Of a stretch of 36,418 bases of DNA, positions 1 to 11,516 are shown piece by piece. How positions within the stretch are numbered: the stretch's first letter is position 1; every line of letters starts with the position of its first letter. The translations under genes and the position numbers were made by a program. The notes beneath the pieces are model-generated. The model saw only the letters and a program-made list of their open reading frames with translations, made no database searches and was not told where the DNA came from. The DNA comes from Chiloscyllium plagiosum (lineage: Eukaryota): NCBI RefSeq assembly GCF_004010195.1, contig NC_057750.1:4615167-4651584 (forward strand), given 5' to 3'.

Positions 1-66
1 GACAGTGCGGCACTCCCTCAGCACTGATCCTCCGACAGTGCGGCACTCCCTCAGCACTGAGCCTCC
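1..66. repeat. End of a 33-nt minisatellite derived from a Deu-type SINE segment
   Basis: GACAGTGCGGCACTCCCTCAGCACTGATCCTCC x2; reverse complement resembles GAGGGAGTGCTGCACTGTC at 35919-35937. Confidence 0.6.
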
Positions 67-399
67 AGTGGGACTGGACAGGGCAGAAGGGGTCCCCTGA
101 GGTGACAGAGCTCCACCTTGTGGATAAATTGCACTTGATCAAAAATGATTGCCTGAGAAAATGCTCTCAATCACTGGAGTGAGTCCGTCAACGAGCCCTT
201 TGCCCTCCTGAATACATTGATCTGCCGGTGGCAACTGGACCGGCTTTAGACAGTGAATTGCAGACGCAGGGCTAATGCAACTGAGGTTATGCGGATTTCT
301 GAAACCCTGCTACCTGCACCTCAGTATCAGGTTTCTGACACCTTTCCAACCCACTACCCCCACCATCCAGAAGGACAAAGGCAGCACATACTGTGTTTT

Positions 400-720
400 C
401 TTTTATTCTCTCATGGGAGGTGGGTGTCACTGGCTGGACCAGCATTTATTGCTTATCCCTAACTGCCCCTGGAGAAGGTGGGCTTGGGCTGCCCTCTTGA
501 ACTGCTGCAGTCTGTGTGAGATAGGCAGATCCACAATGCTGTTAGGGACAGAGAGCCAGGAGTTTGACTCAGTGACACTGAAAGAATGGTGATATATTTC
601 CAAGTCAGGACAGCGAGGGAGTGGGAGGGGATCTTGCAGGGGGTGGTGTTCCCATGTATCTGCTGCCCTTGACCTTCTAGATGGAAGTGGTCGTGGGTTC
701 GGAAGGCGCTGCCTGAGGAT
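400..720 (-). mobile_element. 3' end of a CR1/L2-group LINE (second family)
   Basis: Same sequence in plus orientation at 5810-6215 and 29930-30245 (GCACCTTCCAAACCCACGACC...GGAACACCACC...GGGCAATTAGGGA..GCAATAAATGCTGG). Confidence 0.65.
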
Positions 721-860
721 CTTCGTGGATCCAGTGTAGAGGCTGGACTGGGAGAGGTGGGAGGTTTCAGGGGTGTGTAGGTCTCGGGACGTGACAGAGG
801 TCACGAGGATTTGCATGTGTTTTGTGAAGAGACTGGCCATACCGAGCATGTGTATATATG

Positions 861-1741
861 CAATGCCATCTTACTTCAGTGCCACCATACCACAGTGCCA
901 TTTTACCACAGTGCCATCTTACTTCAGTGCCACCATACCACAGTGCCATCATACCGCAGTGCCATCTTACCACAGTGCCATCATACCACAGTGCCATCTT
1001 ACCACAGTGCCATCATACTGCAGTGCCATCTTACTTCAGTACCACCATACCACAGTGCCATCATACCACAGTGCCATCATACCACAGTGCCATCTTACCA
1101 CAGTGCCATCTTACCACAGTGCCATCATACTGCAGTGCCATCTTACTTCAGTGCCACCATACCACAGTGCCATCATACCACAGTGCCATCATACTGCAGT
1201 GCCATCTTACTTCAGTGCCACCATACCACAGTGCCATCATACCACAATGCCATCATACCACAATGCCATCATACCACAGTGCCATCTTACTTCAGTGCCA
1301 CCATACCGCAGTGCCATCTTACCACTGCAGTGCCATCTTACCACAGTGCCATCATACCACAGTGCCATCATACCACAGTGCCATCATACTGCAGTGCCAT
1401 CTTACCACAATGTCATCATACCACAGTGCCATCTTACCACAATGCCATCTTACCACAGTGCCATCTTACCACAGTGCCATCATACCACAGTGCCATCATA
1501 CTGCAGTGCCATCTTACCACAGTGCCATCTTACCACAGTGCCATCATACTGCAGTGCCATCATACCACAGTGCCATCATATCACAGTGCCATCTTACCAC
1601 AGTGCCATCATACCACAATGCCAATGTACCACAGTGCCATTGAACCGCAGTGCCATCATACCACAGTGCCGTTGTACCATGGTGCCGTTGTACAGTGGTG
1701 CCAATGTACCGCAGTGCCATCTTACCGTGGTGCCATCTTAC
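861..1741. repeat. Approx. 16-nt tandem array (CCACAGTGCCATCWTA variants)
   Basis: About 55 units; generates repetitive ORFs in all three plus frames. Confidence 0.95.
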
Positions 1742-1862
1742 CCAACTGCATGGCTGCATCCTCTTGCCCGATCGTATTGGGATATTGATGACGATTGCCT
1801 GGAGTTTGGGTTTCCATACCCCCTGTTCCCCTGGCTGGAGACGGCAGCGTTAAAACCAGAGC
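1742..1862 (-). CDS. Candidate exon of an unidentified downstream gene, possible start ATG at 1817
   Basis: Pyrimidine tract CTTTTTCTTCTCAAATTTAG| acceptor, TTGG|GTAAGA donor, GGGGGTATGG Kozak context, open frame METQTPGNRHQYPNTIGQEDAAMQL; non-repetitive sequence. No protein recognised. Confidence 0.4.
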
Positions 1863-2538
1863 CTAAATTTGAGAAGAAAAAGCTGGGCTGTTTCTTGTCT
1901 CTCTCACTTCTCCCATCTTACCCCTACTCCCCCCTCCCCCCTTCAGTTTGCCGTCTCTCCATCTCCCACCCGCCCCCGTCATCGCCCTTACCAACTCAGC
2001 TTCTCACCTCATTCGAATGGGGCTCGTGACAGAGAGAGAGGCAGGGGAAGGGTCTAGCCATGTTCTTATTGACCTCCAAAACCTTCCCCAAGCCTCCCCC
2101 CCACTGAGATTGGTAATTCATTACCTATAGAAGCACCAGAGCATCTTATATGAAGTTACCACTAATAACAATAATGGTGAATATTAATGAATAACTTACA
2201 CGAGGAATGAAGACAGTTTGGTTTGTAACTCCCTGATTTAATCATGTTCTACATGTGAGAGCATGCTGGGCTGTTAGGGGTGCTGATGCAGTCTACTATT
2301 CAACTACAGAAGCCAACACCACCATGCCCCCTACCTGATAGGTGCCTTTTGCCATGACAACACGGGTCAGGATTGGAAATTTTCACTTTGCCGACAGAGT
2401 GACATGCAGCTGGTGTCCCGGTGATGTCCTCACAGAGATCAGCTAACTCAATCCCAACCAAACCTGGACGTTGCACCTTCCTATTCTGCCTAGCAACTGG
2501 GAAAGGCATTCCCCATCTGCCCAGGGTGTCAACTCTTT

Positions 2539-2852
2539 AGATTGGATTCCCTACAGTGTGGAAACAGGCCCCCTGGCCCAACAAGTCCACACCGACCCTC
2601 CGAAGAGTAACTAATCCAGACCCATTTCCCTCTGACTAATGCACCTAACACTATGAGCAATTTAGCATGGCCAATTCACCTGACCTGCACATCTTTGGAT
2701 TGTGGGGGGAGACTGGAGCATCCGGAGGAAACCCACGCAGACACTGGGAGAATGTACAAACTCCACACAGACAGTCACCCGAGGCTGGAATGGAACCTGG
2801 GACCCTGGCACTGTGAGGCAGCAGTGCTAACCACTGAGCCACCATGCCGCCC
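2539..2852 (-). mobile_element. HE1-type SINE
   Basis: tRNA-like head GGGCGGCATGGTGGCTCAGTGGTTAGC, core GGAGTTTGYACATTCTCCC, CR1-type tail. Confidence 0.9.
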
Positions 2853-2923
2853 AAAAGCAATCAACGACCCTGCCACGGCACTGCAAACATCGCTGGCTTA
2901 CCCACCCACCCCAGCACTACACC

Positions 2924-2999
2924 TGGTCAGTGTGGGGTTTGAACCCACGACCTTGGTGTTATTAGCACCACGCTCTAACCATAATAAGCCGGTTGGACT
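2924..2999 (-). pseudogene. tRNA-Ile(AAT)-like pseudogene or tRNA-derived SINE head
   Basis: ...TGGTTAGAGCGTGGTGCTAATAACACCAAGGTCGTGGGTTCAAACCCCACACTGACCA; perfect anticodon and T stems, degenerate 5' acceptor and D arm. Confidence 0.75.
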
Positions 3000-3110
3000 A
3001 TGACATGGTGTGGGTGATTTGGACATTGTACACGTCAGTCTCACACCAAAATCTCAACAATGACCAATGTTGAAACTAAGTGGGGGCTGGCAACAGGGCT
3101 AAATACAAAG

Positions 3111-3183
3111 AGGCCCCAGTGAGATTTGAATACATGACCTCTGGTTTACTAGACCAGTGCACTAACCGCTGAGCTATGGGGCC
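3111..3183 (-). tRNA. tRNA-Thr(AGT), probably a pseudogene
   Basis: GGCCCCATAGCTCAGCGGTTAGTGCACTGGTCTAGTAAACCAGAGGTCATGTATTCAAATCTCACTGGGGCCT; acceptor and anticodon stems intact, T-stem mispaired (ATGTA/CTCAC), B box damaged. Confidence 0.85.
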
Positions 3184-3199
3184 TGGCCGAAGTTGAATC

Positions 3200-4225
3200 T
3201 CAGAGAGTGGGGATAAAGGGGTCTGTTTCAGGATGGCAGCCGGTGACTAGTGGGTCAGTGTTGGGACCACCACTGTTCGCGTTATACCTTTACCATCTGG
3301 ACGGAGGAACTGAGGGCGTTGTCACTAGGTTTGCAGATGACACAGGAATCAGTGGAGGGACAGGTAGTGTTGAGGAAGTGGGGAGGCTGCAGGAGGACTT
3401 GGACAGGTGGGAGAGTGGGCAAAGAAGTGGCAGATGGAGTACAATGTGGGAAAGTGCGAGGTTGTGCACTTTGTAGGAGGCGGTGACTATTTGGTAAATG
3501 AGGAAGACCGAAACTCAAAGGAACTTGGGGGTCGTAGATCAGGATTCACTCCAGGTTAATATGCATGGTTCCGTTGGCATTTGGGAAGGCGAATGCAATG
3601 TGAGCTTTCATTTCGTGAGGGCTAGAGTACAAGAGCAGGGATGAGGCGCTGATGCTGTATAAGGCTCTGGTCAGACCGTACTTGGAATATTGTGAGCAGT
3701 TTTGGGCCCAGTGTCTATGGAAGGATGTGCTGGAGTTGGAGGGGGGGTCCAGGGGAGGTTTACAAGAATGATCCTGGGGATGAAGGGCTTCTCATATGCG
3801 TTGTGATTGAGGACTCTGGGTCTGTACTTGTTGGAGTTTAGAAGGATAATGGGATGAGATCCGATTGACAGAATGCTGGGAGACCGGGTTGGAATGGACA
3901 TGGAGAAGATGTTTCCACCACTCAGACCCGAGGGCACAGCCTCAGGGTGAAGGGACAACCCTTTCGAACAGAGATGAGGAGGAACTTCTTCAACCAGAGG
4001 GTGGGGAATCTGTAGAATTCATTCTCGCAGATGGCTTTGGAGGCCAAGTTATTCAGTATATTTAAAATGGAGATAGATAAGTCATTGATCAATAAAGGGA
4101 TCAATGGTGATGGGGAGAAGGCAGGAGATTGGGGTTGAGAAACATATCAGCCAAGACTGTTTGGTCGGGCAGACTCAATGGGCCGAATGGCCTAATTCTG
4201 TTCCAGTATCTTATGGTCTTATAGG
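3200..4225 (+). mobile_element. Degenerate CR1 LINE ORF2 3' fragment
   Basis: GSVLGP..LF and FADDT RT motifs (ORF 3207-3476), LYKALVRP-LEY-type region, CR1 3' UTR. Confidence 0.85.
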
Positions 4226-4247
4226 ATCCATCAATATAGAGTGTCTA

Positions 4248-4827
4248 AAGTTTGGGAGAAGATTTGTAGCTCGGGTGCTCGTTGGTGTGGTTCTGTTCGC
4301 CGAGCTGGGAATGTGTGTTACAGGCGTTTCGTATTCAAAAGGGCCACAACACACTGCAGTACACCAGAACTGCAAAAAGAGGGGGAAGAACACCTATACA
4401 ATGTATTTGCCAAAAACTGATACCCGCGCAATCAATAGATGCCAAAGGGAAAGACCACGGAACGAGGACGTGCCACAACCCAAAGGACTAGCCACACTAC
4501 CATACATCAAGAGCATTTCCGAACTGACAGCCAGATTACTGCGATCACTAGGACTCATAACAGCACACAAACCAACAGCCACTCTCAGACAACAACTCAC
4601 CAGAACGAAGGACAATAAGCACATCGACCTGGACCCAATATACCGGCCACTGCAACGGACAGCTGGAACTGACAACCGGAAGCGGCAGGGACAGACCACT
4701 ATAAATGCTGGGGAAAACATCACAGAAGCGCTTCACAGGAGGCTCCCAAGCACTGAGGTTGTCACCTACACAGGGGACGAAACGTCTGCAACACAAATTC
4801 CCAGCTCGGCGAACAGAACCACAACAC
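4248..4827 (+). mobile_element. Internally deleted Penelope-like element with inverted pLTR
   Basis: LATLPYIKSISE...AHKPTATLRQQL linker peptide; 4278-4332 is an inverted copy of 4777-4825; TSD AGAGTGTCTA at 4238-4247 and 4828-4837. Confidence 0.85.
4750..4789 (+). ncRNA. Minimal hammerhead motif, one core mutation
   Basis: GCA-CTGAGGT-T-GTCACCT-ACAC-AGGGGAC-GAAA-CGTC-TGC; stem I GCA/TGC; last A of CUGANGA is T. Confidence 0.55.
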
Positions 4828-5497
4828 AGAGTGTCTATAGAGTAGTAGGTAGTTACAGTAACCGAGAGGTTTATTACATGATAGTAATAAACTATATTTG
4901 GTGAGACATCATGACTGGGACCTTCTGGAGGTGGTACAAATCTGTCCGCTCCCTCTGAAAGTTGGAGTAGGACTCCCTGTCTCCACTGTCTGTCACGTGA
5001 ACATTAACCCCTTCACAGCCATGACCTTATACGATATCGCTGTTTGTCACGGCTAGCTCTGTGTAAATTGGCTGCCACATTTTCTACGGTGCAACATGAC
5101 TTAATTGACTGGGGACAGCTGTCAGCACACCTATAAATGCAAGTCCTTCATTTACAGCCTTGTAAACCATGCAATAATTTTGGAGACAGATTGTAAAACG
5201 TTGGCAGTCTGCGTGTGGACGAGCCAGTCTCAGCGTTAGTATGCACATCCATTTCAAAGCACTGCTTACCAGACTAATGCGCTGCATTCCTGATAGAGCT
5301 TACTTCTGTCATAAATCCAAAAGGATTAGTAAAGATTATTTCTAATGGGACTTGGGACTGGTTCAAAACTCACTTAGTCTTTCAGCACAGCAACTGCAGC
5401 TGGAAGAGAAGGTCCAGCCTTTTTAATCACAGATGGGATTGTCACAGGCTGGGCTGGCATGGTAATCAACTCTGACGTGACTGCTTCACATGAACAG

Positions 5498-5700
5498 GCT
5501 GTGGCTCAATGGGGAGTACACTGACCTTCACAGATTTTAGGTTCAATCCCCACTCCAGACTCGACAGTTACAGGAATGCTGTACTGTCAGAAATGCTGTC
5601 TGTCTGCGAGACATCTTAAACTAAGGACCTGTGTTTGGACAGAAAAGAATTTGATTGTACTGTCTGTGGTTGAGTTCACTGCGGGGTCAATATTTCTCAC
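5498..5700 (+). mobile_element. Old Deu-domain (SacSINE1-like) SINE
   Basis: GCTGTGGCTCA...GGTTCAATCCCCACTCCAGA...GCTGTACTGTCAGAAATGCTGTC; related copies at about 32195-32445 and 35665-35940. Confidence 0.5.
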
Positions 5701-5809
5701 TAAAACCACAAATTAGCTAATCACAAAATACTGCACTTTCCAAATTAGGTTTCCAGTAAGATTCAAGCTCCATGAATGCAGAGCAATGACCATCTCTGAC
5801 AAAAGATAA

Positions 5810-6215
5810 TCCAATCATCGCCCTTGACATTCAATGGTGTTAGCATCATCGAGTTCCCCACCGTCAACATGCTGGGAGTTACCATTGACCAGAAACTGAA
5901 CTGGACTCCCCATGTAAAATATAAGAAGGTCCCTCAGGCAGCACCTTCCAAACCCACGACCCCTTCCATCTAGAAGGACTAGGGCAACAGATACATGGAA
6001 ACACCACCCCCTGCAAGTTCCCCTCACCATCCCAACTTGGAAATATATCGGCTTTCATTCAGTGTCACTGGGTCAGATTCCTGGAATTCCCTCCCTCAGG
6101 GCATTGTGGGTCAACCCACAGCACATGGACTGCAGCGGATCAAGCAGCAGCTCATCCCCACCTTCTCAAGGGGCAATTAGGGACGGGCAATAAGTGTTGG
6201 CCCAGCCAATGACAT
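5810..6215 (+). mobile_element. 3' end of a CR1/L2-group LINE (second family)
   Basis: Homologous to the reverse complement of 400-720. Confidence 0.65.
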
Positions 6216-6526
6216 AAGCGCAAACTCTTTACTCTATCCTAGAAGGTCAGTTGGAAACGACAGTGTCTGAACTCACTGGGCTGTTTCTACAACCTTTCAT
6301 GGGATATGGGCACCGTCAAGGGGACGACAATGCTGCGGGTCTGGAGTCACACACAGGTCAGAAGGAATTTCCTTCCTGACAGCACATTGGTGAACCAGAT
6401 GGGATTTATTCCAACAAAAAAGACAACTGCAAGGGAGAACCAGTGTATTTGGATCTTCAGGCAGTTTTTGATAAAATCCCTCATAAGAGTCAGTGGGCAA
6501 AATGAAAGCACGTGGGATTAGTGGGT

Positions 6527-7025
6527 AATATTGTGTACAGTTTTGGTCACCACACCAGCAGAAGGATGTGGATGCTTTGGAGAGGGTACAGAAAAGGTTT
6601 ACCGGGACGTTGCCTGGTTTGAAGGATTTTGGCTGTCAGGAAAGGTTGGATAGACTGCGTTTATTCTCACTGGATCGCAGGAGGTTGAGGGTTGACCTAT
6701 TAGACATTTATAAGATTGTGAATGGCATGGATAGGATGGAAAGTATGAGGCTTTTCCCCCAGGGTGGAGAGATCAATTACCAGGGGACACAGGTTTAAGG
6801 TGCAAGGAGCTAAGTGTTTTACACGAAGGGTGGTGAGTGCCTGGAACACGCTGCCAGAGGAGGTGGTGGAAGCAGACACAATAGCAGCATTCAAGAAGCA
6901 CCTGGACAGATACAGGAATAGGGAGGGAATAGAGGCATATGGCGCCTGTAAATGAAGACAGTTGCGGTATGGAAGGGTTGGAGGGCCATAGGGCCTGTTC
7001 CTGTGCTGTATTGTTCTTTGTATGT
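6527..7025 (+). mobile_element. CR1 3' fragment nested in an older CR1 (about 6437-8720)
   Basis: ALERVQKRFT...RRRLRVDL and RVVSAWNTLP..VV peptides. Confidence 0.85.
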
Positions 7026-7109
7026 ATTGGCATGGATTAAGAATCAGTTGACAGACAGGAATAGAATGAGAATAAATGTGTCTTCCTCTGTATGGCAGGC
7101 TGTGACACG

Positions 7110-7404
7110 GGGGTGGCACGGTGGCTAGGTGGTTAGCACTGCTGCCTCACAGCGCCAGGGACCCCGGTTCGATTCCAGCCTCGGGTGACTGTCTGGGTGG
7201 AGTTTACACATTCTCCCCGTGTCTGTGCGGGTTTCCTCCCACAGTCCACGGATGTGCAGGTGAGGGAGGATTGGTCCTGGGAAATTGTCACAGGGAAGTG
7301 TAGGTTATGCGGATTAGCCACAGGAATTGCAGGAGTAAGGTAAGTGGATGGGATGTTTAATGGGCCGAATGGCCCGCTTCCACACTGCAGCGATTCTATG
7401 ATTC
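7110..7404 (+). mobile_element. HE1-type SINE
   Basis: Head, core and GATTCTATGATTC tail. Confidence 0.88.
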
Positions 7405-7795
7405 CAGAGGCGAACTGCAAGAATCCGGGCTTGGGCACTGGCTATCCATGAGATATATAAATGACCCGATTGGGGGAATCGACAGCAATGTTTCCCAAGT
7501 TGGCTGATGGCAGAGAACGCTGTGAAGGGGATGTGAAAAGACTTCAAGTCGAGTGAGTGGGCAGACACATGGCAGATGCAGCACACTGCGAATAAATGTG
7601 ACGTTCTTCACTTGGAGTGATAATCAGATGGCAAGAGCAATATTTAAACTGTGATGTATTTAGAAATGTGGATGTACAACGGGATCTAGGATGTTTGTGT
7701 GCACCGGTTAGCGAAAGCAGACAGGCAGATGTAGCATCTGGATCAGTGGTGCTGGAAGAGCACAGCAATTCAGGCAGCATCCAAGGACAGGCAAA

Positions 7796-7830
7796 ATCGA
7801 CGTTTCGGGCAAAAGCCCTTCATCAGGAAT
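7796..7830 (-). ncRNA. Minimal type I hammerhead ribozyme motif
   Basis: ATTC-CTGATGA-A-GGGC-TTTT-GCCC-GAAA-C-GTC-GAT: both catalytic boxes, stem II, GUC site and palindromic ACGT. Confidence 0.65.
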
Positions 7831-8051
7831 AAAGNNNNNNNNNNNNNNNNNNNNNNNNNNNNNNNNNNNNNNNNNNNNNNNNNNNNNNNNNNNNNNNNNN
7901 NNNNNNNNNNNNNNNNNNNNNNNNNNNNNNNNNNNNNNNNNNNNNNNNNNNNNNNNNNNNNNNNNNNNNNNNNNNNNNNNNNNNNNNNNNNNNNNNNNNG
8001 TAGGGGGGGCGTGGACCTGACCAGGTAGTCACGGAGGGAGCGGTCTTTGCG

Positions 8052-8372
8052 GAAGGCGGAGAGGGGTGGGGAGGGAAATATATCCCTGGTGGTGGGGTCT
8101 GTTTGGAGGCGGAGAGGGGTGGGGAGGGAAATATATCCCTGGTGGTGGGGTCTGTTTGGAGGCGGAGAGGGGTGGGGAGGGAAATATATCCCTGGTGGTG
8201 GGGTCTGTTTGGAGGCGGAGAGGGGTGGGGAGGGAAATATATCCCTGGTGGTGGGGTCTGTTTGGAGGCGGAGAGGGGTGGGGAGGGAAATATATCCCTG
8301 GTGGTGGGGTCTGTTTGGAGGCGGAGAGGGGTGGGGAGGGAAATATATCCCTGGTGGTGGGGTCTGTTTGGG
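8052..8372. repeat. 53-nt G-rich tandem repeat, about 6 copies
   Basis: GGAGGCGGAGAGGGGTGGGGAGGGAAATATATCCCTGGTGGTGGGGTCTGTTT repeated inside the Penelope ORF fragment. Confidence 0.92.
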
Positions 8373-8727
8373 GGTGGGGGGAATGTCGGCGGATGATTTG
8401 GTTTATGCGGAGGTTGGTAGGGTGGAAGGTGGGCACCAGGGGCGTTCTGTCCTTGTTGCGGTTGGGGGGGTTGGGTCTGAGGGCGGAGGTGCGGGATGTG
8501 GATGAGATGCGTTGGAGGGCATCTTTAACCACGTGGGAAGGGAAATTGCGGTCTCTAAAGAAGGAGGCCATCTGGGTTCCACCATAGAACACACCAGATG
8601 GTTCCAGCACCACTGATCCAGAATTTGGTTTCCAGCATCTGCAGTCATTGTTTTTACCAGGCAGATGTAGCAAGCAATTCTGAAGGTATGTTCACTTTCA
8701 TTGCAAGAGGATCTGAGCTCAAAAACA

Positions 8728-9374
8728 CAGTGAAGGCAGCGTTTGGTATGTTCCCCTTTATTGGTCAGAGTATTGAGTACAGGAGTTGGGAGGTCACGCT
8801 GTGGCTGTACAGGACATTGGTTAGGGCACTTTTGGAATACTGTGTGCAATTCTGGTCTCCCTGCTGTAGGAAGGATGTTGTGAAACTTGAAAGGATTCAG
8901 AAATGATTTACAAGGATGTTGCCAAGGTTGGAGTGTATGGGCTATAGGGAGACACTAAATAGACTGGGGTTATTTTCCCTGGAACGTTGGAGGCTGAGGG
9001 ATGACCTTATAGAGGTTTATAAAATCGTGAGGGGAATGGATAGGGTGAACAGACAAGGTCTTTTCCCCAGGGAAGGGGGAGTCTGAAACTGGGGGGGGCA
9101 TAGGTTTAGGGTGAGAAGGGAAAGATTTAAAAAGCACCTAAGAGGTAACATTTTCACACAGTGGTACGTGTATGGAATGAGCTGCCAGAGGAAGTGGTGG
9201 AGACTGACACAATTACAACATTTAAAAGGCATCTGGATGGGTATATGACTAGGAAAGGTTTAGAGGGATATGGGCCAAGTGCTGGCAATGGGACTAGATT
9301 AATTTAGGGTATCTGGTCAGCATGGACTAGGTTGGACCGAAGGGTCTGTTTCCGTGCTGTATGACTCTATGATT
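8728..9374 (+). mobile_element. CR1/HER1-type LINE 3' end
   Basis: LYRTLVR.LLEYCVQFWSP..RKD peptide; ATGACTCTATGA tail. Confidence 0.9.
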
Positions 9375-9773
9375 TTATTGCGTCTTGAGACAAGTGAGTT
9401 CTAAAGACACACCATCCCTTTCACACTTCTGTGATAAATGGGCGAACCCTAAGTTTGAAATGGTGGCCTCCCTCTGCACCATCGTCACTCCTAAATTCTC
9501 CCATAAGAGGAGACAGCCTCTCCACTCCCTGCCCCCAGTCAAGTCCCCTCAGGATCTGACATGTCTCCTCTTCCTGTGTTTTTCTGCACTCCAGTGGATA
9601 TAAACCCAGCCTGTCTAACCTTTCCCAACCAATCCAATCCAGGTATTTGTCTCCTAAACCTTCTCTGAGTGATGTAAATGTGATGTGGGAGGTGATGGTA
9701 ACGTCACTGGGCAGGCGCTCCAGAAACTCAGCTTAATGTTCTGAGCTTGTGAGTTCGAATCCCACAGCGGCAA

Positions 9774-10110
9774 ATCATAGGATCCCTGCAATGTGGAAGC
9801 AGGCCATTCGGCCCATCAAGTCCACACCGACCCACCGAAGAGCATCCCACTACCCTATCCCTGCATCTCCCATGGCTAACCCAGCTGGCCTGCACATCCC
9901 TGGACACTATGGGGTAATTTAGCACGGCCATTCCACCTTAACCTGCACATCTTTGGACTGTGGGAGGAAACCGGAGCACCCGGAGGAAGCACATGCAGAC
10001 AGAGGGAGAATGTGTAAACTCCACACAGACAGTCACCCGAGGCTGGAATCGAACCCGGGTCCCTGGCGCTGTGAGGCAACAGTGCTAACCACTGAGCCAC
10101 TGTACAGCCC
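9774..10110 (-). mobile_element. HE1-type SINE nested in a second SINE family (about 9687-10280)
   Basis: Full head, core and tail; host SINE resumes after 10110. Confidence 0.88.
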
Positions 10111-10305
10111 ATAATGGTAAAATTTAATGAAAATCTGGAATCTAAAAAAAAAACTGAGCTGTTGGCATCACTGTCAATTGTGTTAAAAACCTGACTGATT
10201 TGCTAATGTCATTGTAAGGAAGTGAAATCTGCACCTGGCCTGGCCTATATGTGACTCCAGATCCACAGCATTGTGGTTGGGGGGGAGGTGATGGTATGGT
10301 GGTAA

Positions 10306-10806
10306 CCCGCACCAATCAACCCCACCTCCCCGTGGCCGAACATTTCAACTCCCCCTCCCACTCTGCCGAGGACACGCAGGTCCTGGGCCTCCTCCATCGC
10401 CACTCCCTCACCACCTGACGCCTGGAGGAAGAACGCCTCATCTTCTGCCTCGGAACCCTCCAACCCCAGGGCATCAATGTGGACTTCACCAGGTGTGTAC
10501 CACCTGCCAACAAGATCATGGCTGACCTGTATCTTAATTCAACTCAATTTGGAGATTGCTGGAGAAACTCAGCAGGTCTGACTTCACCAGTTTCCTCATT
10601 TCCCCTCCCCCCCCACCTTATCCCAGTTCCAACCTTCCAGCTTCTCCTGCTCCTTGGATGCTGCCTGACCTGCTTTTCCAGCAACACTCTAACCTAGACT
10701 ATTAATCCAGAGAGTCGAGAGTGTGTTGCTGGAAAAGCACAGCAGGTCAGGCAACATCCGAGGAGCAGGAGAATCAATGTTTTGGGCAAAAGCCCTTCAT
10801 CAGGAA
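10306..10806. mobile_element. Penelope fragments nested in a tRNA-head SINE (about 10282-11085)
   Basis: RRLEEERLIF.LGTLQP.GIN GIY-YIG C-terminal motif near 10418-10478; second insert 10714-10806 flanked by TATTAATCCAGAGA (10700-10713, 10807-10820). Confidence 0.8.
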
Positions 10807-11516
10807 TATTAATCCAGAGACCCAGGCAATGCTGTGGGGACCTGGGTTCAAATCCCACCACGGTAGATGGTAAACTTTGAAATCGATTTAAAAAGAAAAC
10901 AATTTGGAATTAAGAGTCTAATGATAACCGTGAGTCAGTTGTGAAAAAGCAAGTCGCCATCTGGTTCATAAATGTCCTTGAGGGGCGGGGAAGTTGCCAT
11001 CCTTACCTGGTCTGGTGTACATGTAACTCCAGACCCAACGCAATGTTGATTCTTAATCTAAACCCATCCCTTGAATGAATAAATACAAATTTTTTAAAAA
11101 GTCTCCATTCGGTTCTGAAACCATCTGTGGACAGAAAAAAAAGAGAGAACAGGTGCTGAAAAGTGCAGTCCCCAGCCAACTGCAAATCTCCGTGACACCG
11201 CAAGGGGTTTCTGTGTTATTGCACGTGCCTGCTTCTCCAGATGCCACTTGGCGCTGGGTACTTGAAGCAGAACAAAAGACAGCAGGGGAGCGAGCAGGAG
11301 TCCTGTCGATGTGTCCACGACAGCAATGACACAGACTCTATCCCTCCATAGCCCACCTGTCCCAACATTTGGTGATGTATTTGTCACCGAAGCTGTTAGT
11401 GTTTGTAAAAATACAAAAAAAAAACTGCACCTGTCTGAATCTCAGAACATCCCAAAGCATCTCACAGCCAGCGAAGAGCTTTTTATTTTGCAAATGTGGT
11501 CACTCAAAGACCCGAA

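Larger units (their letters stand above)
7737..8657 (-). mobile_element. Penelope-like insertion with inverted termini, spanning a gap
   Basis: MASFFRDRNFPSHVV..ALQRIS..PLV.TFHP peptide; termini TCTGGATCAGTGGTGCTGGAA / TTCCAGCACCACTGATCCAGA; 15-bp TSD CAGGCAGATGTAGCA at 7722-7736 and 8658-8672. Confidence 0.85.

Noticed and set aside
861..1741. Many CACAGTG (V(D)J RSS heptamer) matches
   Set aside because: No ACAAAAACC nonamer at 12/23 spacing and no Ig/TCR segments; just part of the repeat unit.
773..2029. Long Cys/His-rich ORFs (418, 325 and 261 aa)
   Set aside because: By-product of a stop-free 16-nt repeat; the same peptide appears in all three frames.
4104..4904. 266-aa ORF as an intact Penelope protein
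   Set aside because: Only the linker and C-terminus remain; no RT core or GIY-YIG motif.
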